Source: Candidatus Dojkabacteria bacterium
GTDB taxonomy: Bacteria; Patescibacteriota; Dojkabacteria; GCA-002793355
Reading direction: 5' to 3'
DNA length: 64,000 nt
NCBI GenBank assembly: GCA_030583825.1
Contig: CP129477.1
Span: forward strand, 446,308-510,307
In this document: in pieces, positions 47,604 to 59,200 of the stretch
How positions within the stretch are numbered: the stretch's first letter is position 1
How the letters are laid out: each line of letters begins with the position of its first letter
Position numbers and translations under genes: made by a program
Notes under the pieces: generated by a model
Told to the model about the DNA's origin: nothing
Seen by the model: only the letters and a program-made list of their open reading frames with translations
Databases searched by the model: none

Positions 47604-48710
47604 TTACTCTGTGAGTACGATCCCTTCAAGAATTTTTGCAACGTCTCGCACGCGGTCTTCCGAAATATACTCGTTATTTCGCGGCTCACTTAATGTTGCT
47701 CCTTCTACACGCAGGTTGTAAAGCTGGCCTTTGTGAATAAAGAGGTAGTGGAAGTCTTCGCCGGCTGTATCTGCTCCGCCTTCAATTTTTGAGCTAAGCT
47801 TTTTAGCGCGAGTATTTGCAATCATTGTTGATCCTAAGTCTGTAACAGTGACACTCATTCCATCACCTGTGTGGTTTTTCTTGTAGAGGTCTGCTGCATG
47901 TTGTGCGTAACTTTCGAGGGTGTATTCCTCGTGAGCTTCTTTTGTGCAGTATGCCGATACTCCAACCCCAAGTGTTCCCCAACCTGCACCGATTCCTGCT
48001 GGTTCACCTGGAATATTATCTTCTGACGCATTGTATCGAACCTCAAGGACAGAAAGATTGTCTGAAACTTCTGCAACAAGAAGCTGCATTCCCATTGGCG
48101 AGTGACTGTCGGTTCTAAGCCACCATTTCATGTATGAGCCGAGTGGGCCAGCAATAATATTTTGAGTGACATCGGGAACCGGAATTTTTATATGACATGC
48201 AGGGTTTTCTGCATATCTCCACCCTGCAGGAAGCTCAATGCCCTGAGTTGGCGTTGCTGTTGGAACTGCTACGTTATTAGAGTCATCATCGCCGGAATTG
48301 TTTCCTGTTGTGTTTCCGCTCTGAGACTGATTATTCTGTGAATTCTGATTTGACTGTTGCGGGTAAATAAATACGAAGTAGGCTCCAACAAGAAGTGCAA
48401 CAATAATAATGCCACCAACGATAATGAGCGGTAATGATGATCCTTTTGCGCTTGCTGGAGATGAAGCAGGAGGAGCCGGATTTTCCGGTGGCTGTGGAGG
48501 AACAGGTGCTGGTGGCATAGTTGTTGATGCTGTGGGAAAGGTTGAAGCCGTCGGTGTTGCCGGCATTGCGGATGGCGCGACAGGCATTCCTGTTGGGTTC
48601 GTTGGAGAAGCTGTTGGCTCGGCAAGTGGGGCGCTTGGCATTGTGGGCTCAGGAAAATTGGTTGCTTGTGACCCCGAAAAAGGTGATGGCTGTGATGATA
48701 CTGGATCCAT
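47604..48710 (-). CDS. bitopic protein with Pro-rich N-terminal region and extracellular domain
   Basis: 368 aa; PT/PA-rich first 95 aa, TM LPLIIVGGIIIVALLVGAYFVFI, N/Q/S-rich linker, ~220-aa globular domain; unknown family. Confidence 0.45.
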   Translation of the reverse strand: MDPVSSQPSPFSGSQATNFPEPTMPSAPLAEPTASPTNPTGMPVAPSAMPATPTASTFPTASTTMPPAPVPPQPPENPAPPASSPASAKGSSLPLIIVGGIIIVALLVGAYFVFIYPQQSNQNSQNNQSQSGNTTGNNSGDDDSNNVAVPTATPTQGIELPAGWRYAENPACHIKIPVPDVTQNIIAGPLGSYMKWWLRTDSHSPMGMQLLVAEVSDNLSVLEVRYNASEDNIPGEPAGIGAGWGTLGVGVSAYCTKEAHEEYTLESYAQHAADLYKKNHTGDGMSVTVTDLGSTMIANTRAKKLSSKIEGGADTAGEDFHYLFIHKGQLYNLRVEGATLSEPRNNEYISEDRVRDVAKILEGIVLTE

Positions 48711-48822
48711 GTTTCACTGGAATGAATTTAGATGCGGTGTTACATAGAGACTAGAAAGATATGATTATAATGGCATTGATGGTACATATTGTCAATTAAC
48801 GGCGTGAAATATTGACTTCCAC

Positions 48823-49584
48823 GTGCTAAATCGCCATAATGGAGTAGATAATTTTTTGTACTGCCTCTCTATGAAAAATCAATCCGAAAATGCGAAATTT
48901 GAGCAGATTTCTCCAGTTTTAGAGCTTATTTACTTGATGGTCACAAATATGCAGAAATATCTTCGTGTATATGCAGAAGATACTCAGGCAGAGAATTTGA
49001 AAGAATATAAAGAAACCCACGAAGCATTGCAGAATTTACGCCGTGTACTCGATAGAATCTATGGCATTGAAGAAGCCCCTCAGGCGCGCCAGAATGCCCA
49101 AAAACAGGCTCCACAACAGCAAGTGCCACATAACGCTGCAGAAACCCGACGTGAGGTCGAGAGTGCCTTCCAGGGCTTTACAGACCCATCTCCATCGGTA
49201 TTTAGTGAGCCTACACGAATTCCACAAGGGATGAATCAGCCTCAGGTACCACCTATGCCGCAGAACCAGCCACAAGCACCGCAAATGTTTTCGCAGCAGA
49301 ATTCTGTACAATCACAGCCGCAGGCATTTGGCCCGCAAACGAGTGTTCCAAACCCAGAAATGGATGAATTCGTTCTTCCGGCAGGAAATAGTCAGCAATC
49401 CCAGCAGTTTGGTGCACCGCAACAACCTCAGCAACCTATGAATAACGAGCCAGCTCCGCAAATGAGCCAAGCTCCGGCACAACCTCAACAGCAGCAAACA
49501 CAGCCACAGGCATCTCAGGCAAGTGAAATTGATTCAATTCTTGCCGAATTGAGAAAGCTACAGGCGAATAACAGAGATCAATAA
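48823..49584 (+). CDS. Gln/Pro-rich low-complexity protein
   Basis: N-terminal ~90 aa ordered, remainder Q/P repeats (QPQ, PQQ); start may be ATG 48874. Confidence 0.35.
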   Translation: MLNRHNGVDNFLYCLSMKNQSENAKFEQISPVLELIYLMVTNMQKYLRVYAEDTQAENLKEYKETHEALQNLRRVLDRIYGIEEAPQARQNAQKQAPQQQVPHNAAETRREVESAFQGFTDPSPSVFSEPTRIPQGMNQPQVPPMPQNQPQAPQMFSQQNSVQSQPQAFGPQTSVPNPEMDEFVLPAGNSQQSQQFGAPQQPQQPMNNEPAPQMSQAPAQPQQQQTQPQASQASEIDSILAELRKLQANNRDQ

Positions 49585-49662
49585 ATGGTATAATACTCTG
49601 TTTGGCATTGCTTTCGTTTCCCATATTTAGGGCAATACTGACAATAACTTCGCAACATATAT

Positions 49663-50754
49663 ATGTCCTCTCATATTGAGATACCGGATCATATAACTGC
49701 TCGCACAATTACCCCTCCATTCGAGGCTTCGTATCCTTCTTACCCTGAACAGTCGCTGGATAAAGGTAAAAACCCATTTGGAACTTTCTATGGTGAAGCA
49801 AAACAGCTTGCCGCAACTGGCGATTACGAAGGAGCTCGACAGCTTTGTGCAGAAAAAACTACCGAAGTTGCAATAGAAACAATTTCTCATTTTGAACAAG
49901 CTCACACTGTTGAAGAAGGTTTACGTTTTTATTCATACGCACTAACCCTCGCAAATAAGGGGATTACTATGCAATGGATGAAGAATGTCGTTCCGGGCGG
50001 AAGAGAAGGCCAGGACTATGACCAAAGTGTTCCAGGGCAACCCAATCGCGGAGAGGAAATACTCTGGCGCACATCGGAATATATGCTTCTTCGGTTACAC
50101 GAAAAGTTCGGATATTCTTTGCAAATGGCACTGCAAATTCCCAATGGAGTACCAGACAATACAATGACAATTCCGTTGTATAACCCTGTTTCGGTTGACT
50201 ATGACAAGCTTGCCGAAGCCTTTCCTTCGCAAGAAAATGAAATAAATCCAGTTGAGCGTTTTTCCCAAGGATTGGCACACGATCGCTCCGGTGGATATCA
50301 CTATAGAATTGAGACAGTGTCTCCAAGTCATAAAGATGACAACGGAATTAACCGTTATTGTATTGATATCGTTGTTCCCGAACAAACTCTATTACAGGCT
50401 CCGTTTAATGGGAAAGTTGTTCACTTAGTAACTCACAATACAGAACACGGTATTGGCCAACAATATGGAGATAAAGATAATCGAATACTTGTAGAATATG
50501 CACGTGCCAATGGTATAAGTATCACTGCGGCACTTCGCCACCTCGCTCTGCATTCTTCAGTTTCAGGTAGTAATGCCTTGCCAAGACTGCAAGTAGGTAC
50601 AAAAGTAGAGGCAGGAGATGCATTAGGGCATATTGGCATGACGGGATGGACAACAACATCACATCTACATCTGGAGATTGGGGCATATCGTGAAGTCTCT
50701 CCTGGTCAGTTTGTACTATTGCAAACCTATCCGATTGTCATGCTTGCATCGTAA
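49663..50754 (+). CDS. protein with C-terminal M23/LytM-like domain (possibly degenerate)
   Basis: GDALGHIGMTGWTTTSHLHLEIG (HxH block) and CIDIVVPEQTLLQAPFNGKVVHL; expected HxxxD appears as RYCID; no signal peptide/TM detected. Confidence 0.5.
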   Translation: MSSHIEIPDHITARTITPPFEASYPSYPEQSLDKGKNPFGTFYGEAKQLAATGDYEGARQLCAEKTTEVAIETISHFEQAHTVEEGLRFYSYALTLANKGITMQWMKNVVPGGREGQDYDQSVPGQPNRGEEILWRTSEYMLLRLHEKFGYSLQMALQIPNGVPDNTMTIPLYNPVSVDYDKLAEAFPSQENEINPVERFSQGLAHDRSGGYHYRIETVSPSHKDDNGINRYCIDIVVPEQTLLQAPFNGKVVHLVTHNTEHGIGQQYGDKDNRILVEYARANGISITAALRHLALHSSVSGSNALPRLQVGTKVEAGDALGHIGMTGWTTTSHLHLEIGAYREVSPGQFVLLQTYPIVMLAS

Positions 50755-50793
50755 GTATATGAGAAACCTCTGACATGCTATACTTTTCTTACC

Positions 50794-51384
50794 ATGCCGA
50801 AAGTATATTTGTTTAGACATGCCCAAACAGACGATAACGCGAACCACATATTTTCCGGTACGCGTGATGTAACACTCAACGAAACGGGAATAAAGCAGGC
50901 ATACGACTTACAAAAACTGCTTGCCGAAGTGCAAGTAGATGTTGCCTTTTCTTCTCCAATGCGCCGAACTGTTGAAACTATTTCAATTGCGCTAAAACGC
51001 CATACAGAAGTAAAAGTCTGCCTTGATCCTAGAATTCGCGAGCGCTCCTACGGCGAACTCCAAGGGAAAAATAAAGATGACATTGCCCGGGAATCTTTGC
51101 CACTTTTTAAGTTGTACCACCGAAGTTATTACACAGCTCCGCCGAAAGGAGAGAGTTTGTATTCTGTTGATATGCGTGTTCGACCGTTTATTCGCGACCT
51201 TGTTAAAAATCTTAATGAATTTAATTATTCTGCCGCAATTTGCGCTCATAGCAATTCGATGCGGGGAATGCGAATCTTTTTTGAACAGCTCCCTCAGTCG
51301 GCATTTAATAAGATAGAGACATCGGTTGGGCAGCTTTTTGTCTACGATATTGAAGGGTTTTCTCCTTCAGACGTAACGTTCTAG
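50794..51384 (+). CDS. histidine phosphatase family protein (phosphoglycerate-mutase-like)
   Basis: N-terminal LFRHAQTDDN (RHG-type catalytic motif), 196 aa, second His near C-terminus (CAHSNSM). Confidence 0.65.
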   Translation: MPKVYLFRHAQTDDNANHIFSGTRDVTLNETGIKQAYDLQKLLAEVQVDVAFSSPMRRTVETISIALKRHTEVKVCLDPRIRERSYGELQGKNKDDIARESLPLFKLYHRSYYTAPPKGESLYSVDMRVRPFIRDLVKNLNEFNYSAAICAHSNSMRGMRIFFEQLPQSAFNKIETSVGQLFVYDIEGFSPSDVTF

Positions 51385-52634
51385 TGTATTTGCTCAGCGC
51401 GCTTTATCAGTGATTCTATATGTTCAATAAGACGTATGCGTAGCAAAAACGTAACTAGTGGCCATATTGCGAGCATAATCATAATAACTTGTGCAATAAT
51501 CATGTAGTTTTGTCCGGTCGCATCGTAGGCAGCAAGAAAAATAATCGTTGCAAATGCTCTTGCAACAAAAAATGCTGCTTCCCTCAATAGTAATAACTCA
51601 AGCCCTACACTTTTTGACTTACCGATAACTGCGTGGATTGCAGTATACTCATCTGCATCGCTTTGTGGAATATAAAAGATTTCGCCAATAGGGAGTAGAA
51701 TCGAGCGAATGATGAGCGCAAGTGGTGTCCAAATAATACCAAAACCCAAGTTTACGATAGTGATAAAAATTCCCCCAAGGATGGAATACTTCGTTGTAAT
51801 GTGTCGTTGTGCATTTCGGAATATCCATGTGACAATGCCGCTTGAAAGAGCAATCCCGCTGAGCAATAGTCCAATATTGACCTCGCTTTTTAGTAAAAAG
51901 AAGAATGGGATAAGCAAAAAGGCTAGGTTCCGGACTTCGTTCATAGCTGCGGCAACAAATACAAAGAGCAGATATTTCGGCATGTACGGATTATTCATGA
52001 TTTGCTGAAATTCCTTGATTGAAAATGTGTCCGGCGCCTTGAGTTTTAGTTGAAGCGGCACAGCCGCTGCTAACATATAAATGATGCCAACTGCTGCAAA
52101 CACAAGTTCGTATCCACCATATAATATGGCAACACCCGCAACTATCGGAAGAATCGTTGCCATAATTCGGGAAACCCCGAATACCGAAAAAATAAGTGAT
52201 TGTCTGTCCTCAATAGTGTTAATGAGTGTTGTTTGAAATTGGTGCTGGCTAATAAAGTAAAGACCTACCGGAAATCCATACAAGAATATCAAAAACGGGA
52301 TAAATTGAGGCGCAAAGTAAATACTTGCAGCAATTGCTATAAAAATAACTCCTGTGAGAAAGAAGCTACTTTGAACAGTTGTAAGAAAGTTTGCTCGTTT
52401 AGAAAGTAATGCCGCAATAATTGTTCCGATAAAAAGCCCAAACAAGTATAAAAGCATGCAAAATACGGTTGCGATAATACTTTGTGTCGTGCGAAAAATA
52501 AAGATAATTAAGAAGCTGCCAATAACGAGATCGGAGATCGCCTTTGTAAAGAATATCCGGGCGTATACCTGAAATATTTTGTCACTTTGAATTGATCGGG
52601 CAGCTTTTTTCATCGTATTTAGTGCATAAAACAA
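51381..52634 (-). CDS. MFS-like polytopic transporter
   Basis: 417 aa, ~12 TMs in 6+6 arrangement. Confidence 0.4.
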   Translation of the reverse strand: MFYALNTMKKAARSIQSDKIFQVYARIFFTKAISDLVIGSFLIIFIFRTTQSIIATVFCMLLYLFGLFIGTIIAALLSKRANFLTTVQSSFFLTGVIFIAIAASIYFAPQFIPFLIFLYGFPVGLYFISQHQFQTTLINTIEDRQSLIFSVFGVSRIMATILPIVAGVAILYGGYELVFAAVGIIYMLAAAVPLQLKLKAPDTFSIKEFQQIMNNPYMPKYLLFVFVAAAMNEVRNLAFLLIPFFFLLKSEVNIGLLLSGIALSSGIVTWIFRNAQRHITTKYSILGGIFITIVNLGFGIIWTPLALIIRSILLPIGEIFYIPQSDADEYTAIHAVIGKSKSVGLELLLLREAAFFVARAFATIIFLAAYDATGQNYMIIAQVIMIMLAIWPLVTFLLRIRLIEHIESLIKRAEQIH

Positions 52635-53669
52635 TTACTGTATTATTTGCAGTAGTTCTGATGCCTTCTTTTGCAAGTGAGCGTGTTCGGCAAGTGTCTG
52701 TTCCTGCATAATCTCCGAAATAAGTCCTTTTGCGGTGACTGTATCATGTTGTGCAAGCGCAATTTGCGCTGAAAGATAGAGCGCATCTCCCATTTGCTCG
52801 GCAATACCAAGCGAGTGCGCACGCTCAAGCGCATTGTCTGAAAGCTTTTTCGCGAGAGTAAGGTGATCCTGCTTTAATGCTACTGCAGACTGCAAAATAA
52901 TGCCGCGAACGTAGTCGCGCCCGAACTTTTGGTTATCGGCGAGCGCAAGTGCTCTATCTGCGTGATGTGCTGCTTTTTCAACTGCTGTGTGAGTGTCCAT
53001 ATCTGTGCGCTCAATATATAAGCGTGCCAAAAATGCGTGAATCATGCCTTCTGGCTGATAGTCTACTTTCTTAGAATAGTCTTGCCAAAAAGAGAGGGTT
53101 TTCGTTAAGTGCTCTTCGGCCTGCGTAAAGTTACCACTGAGTGTTTCAATATGTCCTAATAGTCGTAACACGATATTTTGCCAATATGCGGAGGTTTCCG
53201 CTGGAGTAATTGCTTCTGCGGCAGAATATGCTTCTTCTGCCAGTTGTTGAGCCTTTTCAAGTTCTCCTGCAATGCGTAGAGGGCTAATAATGTCACAGAC
53301 TGTTTCAACGTATTCGAGCGGTTTTACACCTTTAAACACCTCGAGTGCACGGCCTAAATAGGTGATTGCTTTTTGTAATTGTCCTTTGTCTTTGAGTGCA
53401 AGCCCGTACAGTACGTAAAAATCTCCAGATTTTCCTTCGCTAACGAGCGGTTTGTCTGACTCATCGCAGAGCAAATCGAGTAAAAGCATGACTTCTGCGG
53501 CTTTGCTGTCTTTCCAAAGTAGGATTTTCCCATGTGCCGGAAATGCTGTTAATACTTCAAGTGCCGCATTATAGTCCTGTTGCTCAACTTTTGACAAAAA
53601 AAGCGGAAGGATTGTCTCAATATCGCCTGAAAAGTTTCCTTTTGATTGCAATATTTCTTGTAGTGTCAT
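52635..53669 (-). CDS. TPR-repeat protein
   Basis: 344 aa, repeated A/L/Y-rich 34-residue helical pairs (e.g. AITYLGRALEVF, AEEAYSAAEAI, LARLYIER). Confidence 0.45.
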   Translation of the reverse strand: MTLQEILQSKGNFSGDIETILPLFLSKVEQQDYNAALEVLTAFPAHGKILLWKDSKAAEVMLLLDLLCDESDKPLVSEGKSGDFYVLYGLALKDKGQLQKAITYLGRALEVFKGVKPLEYVETVCDIISPLRIAGELEKAQQLAEEAYSAAEAITPAETSAYWQNIVLRLLGHIETLSGNFTQAEEHLTKTLSFWQDYSKKVDYQPEGMIHAFLARLYIERTDMDTHTAVEKAAHHADRALALADNQKFGRDYVRGIILQSAVALKQDHLTLAKKLSDNALERAHSLGIAEQMGDALYLSAQIALAQHDTVTAKGLISEIMQEQTLAEHAHLQKKASELLQIIQ

Positions 53670-53733
53670 CGTAAGTAAGTTTTAAGTTAGTTATTGTAAA
53701 TATTCTTACGGTTTTATGCGCAGCTTCATATAT

Positions 53734-55299
53734 TTACCGCTGCTTTACCGCAACAGAAAGGGAGAGTAACGTAATTAATGACCATACGGCAAGCAATATA
53801 AGGGAAATCTCTCGTCCGGTGGCGGCGTATGTGTATATGTTTCCTAACACTAATATTCCCGCAATAGCTGCGAGAGTAAGTGCCACAAAGAACCATAATT
53901 TGGTTGCTGTGCGTATTATTGAGAGGTTTGCAGGGCTACCATCGTACGATGTTATATGCGATGATGAGCCGGAAATAACGTAGTTTGCTTGAACAACTTT
54001 CGCGAGGTACGTTCCTTTTCTCAGCTTTCCTTTAAGTTCTCCCTTGTTTAAAGTGAAACTTTGCAGTACTTTTTCTCCTTGTGCAGTAAATAATGCCATT
54101 TCTACGCCGTCTACACCTTCATTTCCGGTGGTAACGGTTAAAATAACATCTGAGGAGCCTTTTGTCAGTTGAGCCCATAAATACCGCAGTAGAGTACGCA
54201 AAGAGGCTAATCCTAGGATGGCCATGAGAGCCGCCAAAATGCCCAAAATTGCCATTGAAAGTGTATCTACAAGAGAAACGGCGGCACCGTTGTAAAGTAT
54301 CGAAAAAAGGGCAGAATCTTTTCTTTCAGAGAGGTTTTTGACGATAGCTTGCGTACATGGAGTCCAAATACCGTTGGTATCTTGGGTATTTTCAGCAGGG
54401 CAGGTAGGAGTTATCGTTTGCCCTAGGTTAAAGCTAATTGTATGAGTGCGCGTATTTCCGGCAAAGTCGCTAATCTGCACAGAAATACTTGATGGCTCGT
54501 CTTCCGGAAACGGTGTTGTTGGCATGACTGTCACAATGTAACTACCGCTATCTCCGACTATACTCACTGCTGGGTGGGTTTCTGTATATTGTACGCCATT
54601 AATTGTGATTACTAATGAGTCAATATCTACCCCAGATCCCGGGTCTGTGATTGTAAAAGTGACAGCACTATTTGATGGAACGTTCTGCGCCATATGCTGC
54701 GGTGTTTGAAAGTTTACCGTTGGTGGAGTGGTATCTTGTGCACATGCTCCTGATCCAAATGTAATGGTTGTGTTCTGCACCGCACTGAGTACGTCATTGC
54801 TTGTTGCCGCATCTGCGATATTGCTGTCGGTCGTATTCATTGGACTTGCGCCAAAGAATACAAAATTAAGTGGAGTGTTGCCGGTACCTGTTTTTGCTTT
54901 TACTGAAATTTCGGCAAATACAGCCTTTTGTCCGAGAGTTGAGCCAAATCCTGTTAATCTGATTGTTCCAGTTGATGGATTGACGACGTTTCCGGCGTAA
55001 ACTGGAAAAGCTTGCCCATGAGCGATTTGTGTTCCAGGCTGTGTCGAAATGGAATCAAGGATCTCAATTTTAGAGGAATCATAATTCAAGAAAATTTCTG
55101 CTGCGTTTGATGCGTATCCACCGGGGTCAATCATGATTTGGACTGTCCCAATACATGCATTATTCAGATCATAATTGGTCTGCGAAAATGTGAATGACGG
55201 TGTCGCTGCGTGTGCTGGTGGGGTAGCCCAAAAGAGAAGGCTTATTACGAGAAAAAGAAAAGTATAAAGCTTGAACAGGGCAGTTCTGTTACTCATCAC
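53734..55299 (-). CDS. secreted Ig-like/Big-domain surface protein with C-terminal TM anchors
   Basis: Signal peptide (…LFWATPPAHA|ATP), beta-rich T/S/N-rich domains, two C-terminal TMs. Confidence 0.45.
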   Translation of the reverse strand: MMSNRTALFKLYTFLFLVISLLFWATPPAHAATPSFTFSQTNYDLNNACIGTVQIMIDPGGYASNAAEIFLNYDSSKIEILDSISTQPGTQIAHGQAFPVYAGNVVNPSTGTIRLTGFGSTLGQKAVFAEISVKAKTGTGNTPLNFVFFGASPMNTTDSNIADAATSNDVLSAVQNTTITFGSGACAQDTTPPTVNFQTPQHMAQNVPSNSAVTFTITDPGSGVDIDSLVITINGVQYTETHPAVSIVGDSGSYIVTVMPTTPFPEDEPSSISVQISDFAGNTRTHTISFNLGQTITPTCPAENTQDTNGIWTPCTQAIVKNLSERKDSALFSILYNGAAVSLVDTLSMAILGILAALMAILGLASLRTLLRYLWAQLTKGSSDVILTVTTGNEGVDGVEMALFTAQGEKVLQSFTLNKGELKGKLRKGTYLAKVVQANYVISGSSSHITSYDGSPANLSIIRTATKLWFFVALTLAAIAGILVLGNIYTYAATGREISLILLAVWSLITLLSLSVAVKQR

Positions 55300-55921
55300 C
55301 GGCTACATATAAATTAGATGTCGTTATTGATAAATCAAGAGAATTCACTATGCCGTCGCGGTTTTGATCTCCGCGCAAGTTATCATTATAAAGATACAAA
55401 AGAATATAAGAGATATCCATGGAGTTTATGAAGTTGTCATTTGATGGATGTGCATCTCCTGCGATAAGCCGAGGGAATACGAGGTCAAACATCTCTGTTG
55501 TTTTTGTGCCAATGAATATATTTGGGTAGTTTCTACGTAAATGAGAAAGACCTTTCACGCTGATTGTGTAATTTCCATTTGGAATTTTCCCTCCGGAGAG
55601 ACCGGGAAAGTCAACGAAGCCTTGATTATTTGTTGTACCGGTAATAGTAAACGGCGCTGCAAAATTTGTTTCCGGTCTAAAAGTAATGCTTATTTCTAAA
55701 GAGTCGTTTCCAGTTGCAGGAAGGCGATTTGCCGGCTTAAAGTAAAAGCTTAAATTTCGGGGGATTCTCGCTCCAACAGTGACATTTTCTCCAAGGACAG
55801 AAGTTTCTTCGTGAGGTGCGTAATATTCCGGTTGGGTAAAGTAGCCTGTTTGATAAATAACGATAGCTCCAAACATTAGAGATGCGATAATTCCTGTGGC
55901 ATAAAAAACAGCACGATTCAT
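55289..55921 (-). CDS. membrane-anchored protein with dockerin-like Ca-binding repeat pair
   Basis: C-terminus GDQNRDGIVNSLDLSI fits DxNxDGxVNxxD exactly; preceding HPSNDNFINSMDISYIL is a degenerate first repeat; 11-nt overlap with downstream gene. Confidence 0.4.
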   Translation of the reverse strand: MNRAVFYATGIIASLMFGAIVIYQTGYFTQPEYYAPHEETSVLGENVTVGARIPRNLSFYFKPANRLPATGNDSLEISITFRPETNFAAPFTITGTTNNQGFVDFPGLSGGKIPNGNYTISVKGLSHLRRNYPNIFIGTKTTEMFDLVFPRLIAGDAHPSNDNFINSMDISYILLYLYNDNLRGDQNRDGIVNSLDLSITTSNLYVAGDE

Positions 55922-56283
55922 ATAGACATATTACGGAATTTGCACATGATTTGCAATGTCCGAGGAGGTGGAAATGCATTCAAATATTGTTTGAAGTATA
56001 GCTATTGTGACCAATATTATCTGCAGTAATGTCTATAGCGTGTAATCTTCCTTATTGCCAATAGATTTTGTAGGAGGGGGAAGTATATCTTTGGTGGACG
56101 GATTTATTTACCAATGCTGCGAAGTAAATTTGTGCATGCTCTCTAAGTGTAAAAAGAATGGAGCACAGTTATTATTTTTCTTGATATTGCCTTATAGACT
56201 GCGAGAGAGCCCCGGAGTTAGCCAAGATGCGAGTAAATATAGTAAACTAATCTCACAATATTTATGGCTCACTTCTACGCTAA

Positions 56284-59200
56284 ATGAAACTCATTAAGAG
56301 CGTATTGCTCACTATTGTTGTTTTCTCGCTTTTTTTGGTTATACCGCTTGTCTCGGTTAAACTTTGGGAAGCATCGCAGAAATATGATAATACCGGTGGA
56401 GGAGAAGTACTAGGATTAGGAACGATTAACTCTCCTTCATTAGAGCAGTTACGATGGATTTATGCGAATGGATACTTTGAGGATATAGCCGTTGCTCCCG
56501 ATGGAAGCTACTATCTGTTTGGAATTTATCACGACACGATGGATGCTGACATGACGGCCGGCGAAGACATTATAGAAGAAATTAATATCAGTGGAATAGA
56601 TGCTACTTCGTTTGTTTCCCGATATAACGCAGATGGTTCTTATGCATGGACATACGTCGTTGCAAATAGTCAGCAAGGAATCTCTCTCAAAGACATTGAT
56701 ACAACTCCTTCCGGAGAATTGGTACTATTCGGAGATTTTGAAGTTAATACTTTTGATTTTGATCTCACAGATGGTGAAGATATACGAACTAGAGTCGGCA
56801 ATAGCAACGGATTTATCACAGTTATAAACAGCAATGGAACATATAACAATACGTACCTTATTGGGCAAACAGTTGGGGCACAGATGGATATTGTCACGGG
56901 AAAAATAGATCAAATTACAGGAGATATATACATTTCTATACATAAAGGAACGGGTACGTCTATAGATTTTGATCCAGGTGCGGGAACATCTCTTAGTGGA
57001 ATTGGAGCCGGTTCATATCTTGTGAAATTAAACTCATCGTTTGCCTTTTCATGGTCAAGGTATATTACCAGTGGGTATACTCACGACATAGTCATTGATT
57101 CTCAAAACCAGAACATATACATGTATGGAAGGTTCACAGGAACTTTTAATTTCAACAACTCCGGCAGTGGAAGTCCGGATAGTCGTACAGCAACAGGCTC
57201 AGATCCTGATCGAAGCTTAACAAAGTATAAAACTGATGGCTCATATGAATGGACAGGCGTCGTCGAAGATGAGAGCGTTATGTGGTTTATTCCCGCGTTT
57301 ACAAAATCTATGATGGCGGTATCACCTGACACGGGAAATGTATATGTATTACATCGCCAATTTAACGACACTATTGATGTAGATTTTGGAGCAGGAGTAC
57401 ACAATGTGAACAAGGTAAATACAACTGTTCGAGGATATGATCCATCTCCATATAACCCTGTTCTTCTACAATATACTCCTGATGCGGAATTGGTGAGCGC
57501 AACTCCTCTTGTTACGGGACAATATAGGCTGGATCCCACAAATTTGGGGTTTAATTCAGAGGGAGATATGTATCTTGCGGCCATGATCACATTTGCAGAT
57601 GGCACTCCTGTAGATTTAGATTGGTCGCCGTCTGGAAGCCACCCATTTACACCAACATTTTTCTCAAACTATTACTATTCGTTCCTATCAAAAACTAATG
57701 AAAATGGTGTTCCTCAGTGGATATATCCGATTCTTGGCGGGCCGTATGCTGCATTTGTAGGACTTGATTTACATAATGATAATGTCTACGTTTCGGGGCG
57801 ATATGGCGCTGGCAATATGGCTGATTATGACCCTGCACCTGGTGCGCCAGTCTCTCCTCCTACGGGCTTAACGCATATTCCTGTATTTGGAATTTATTCC
57901 GAAACAGTCATGACGTATATAGCCAATTTGAGCGGGTCTCTTAATGTTATTGATGTTGCTTCATCATTGGATGCCACAGTTGCGTCGGAAGTATTTACAT
58001 CCCCGGCAATTCGAACAGTGCGCCTTCTTGATGACAGTACCGGACTTGCTCTTTCAGATATATTTACTAACCTACAGGAAATTCGTGATTGGACAGCAGT
58101 CCAAGGGCAAACCTCTCTCGCAGAAGAGAAAGTATATCTTGGTTCAATTCAAGGAAATGATGGTGTCAGCAATATGAATGCCTGGATTCCCATTGACGAT
58201 GTTAATGACAATTCTGTTGTGCATTGTCCGAATGCTATCTCGATTGCCGAAGTCTCAGTATCGTGCCCTAATGCTACTAAAATTCCTGGGAATGATTCCT
58301 CGCTTTTGAAGATGGAAATCTCTGGACAAGATTATTGGAGAGTGAGTGATAGCCAAAATGGTGGATATGTTTCAAGCAGTGAAGTTATTACTCCTCCTAC
58401 ACCTACCCCAACACCGACTGTAAGTCCTTCACCTACAGCTTCTTTAAGTCCCACTTCGAGTCCTACTACTACGACCTCGCCAACGCCTTCTGGATCTGCA
58501 ACACCAACTCCTACACCGACAACTACCGATACACTATTTCCTACCTTTTCGCCGTCGCCTACACCATCGGACGGTTTTGTTCTTGTTCCAACGCCGACTC
58601 AGTCATTTACTTCCGGGGATACTACACAATCATGCCCAACCATCGTTACCTTTGCGGCAAACAAAACAGTTATTACTCCCGGGACAGAGATTATTCTTAG
58701 TTGGAGTGTTGCAAATGCAACACATGTAGATATTGTCCCGTTTGCAAGTAATGCTCCATTCTCCGGTAATAGAACCGAAACGATTAGCACTAATCAGCAA
58801 ATTACCCTCATTGCCACAAATGGAACTTGTGTAAGAGAAAAAGTGCTGACAGTTACGGTTCAGCCGATTGCGCCGGAAACTATTACTTCAAGTTTGGTAC
58901 TTGGATTCGCAGCTATCGAAGTTGCGACTATCGCGGCATCGTCTGTTGCTCCGGTTGTCTCGTCAAGCCACAATATGTTTTCCTTTGGATTTGCAATGGT
59001 AGATAGGCTTCGCAGACGCTACCCGTGGGGAGTTGTGTATGACTCAAAAACGAAAAAGCCGCTTGGTCGGGCTATTGTGAGAGCTATCAATACAGAAACG
59101 AAGCAGATTGTTACTAGTGTAACCGATGCCCTTGGAGTATTCCGTATCTTTTTAAAGCAGGGAACGTACACGATTACCGTTACTAAACAGGGGTACGAAT

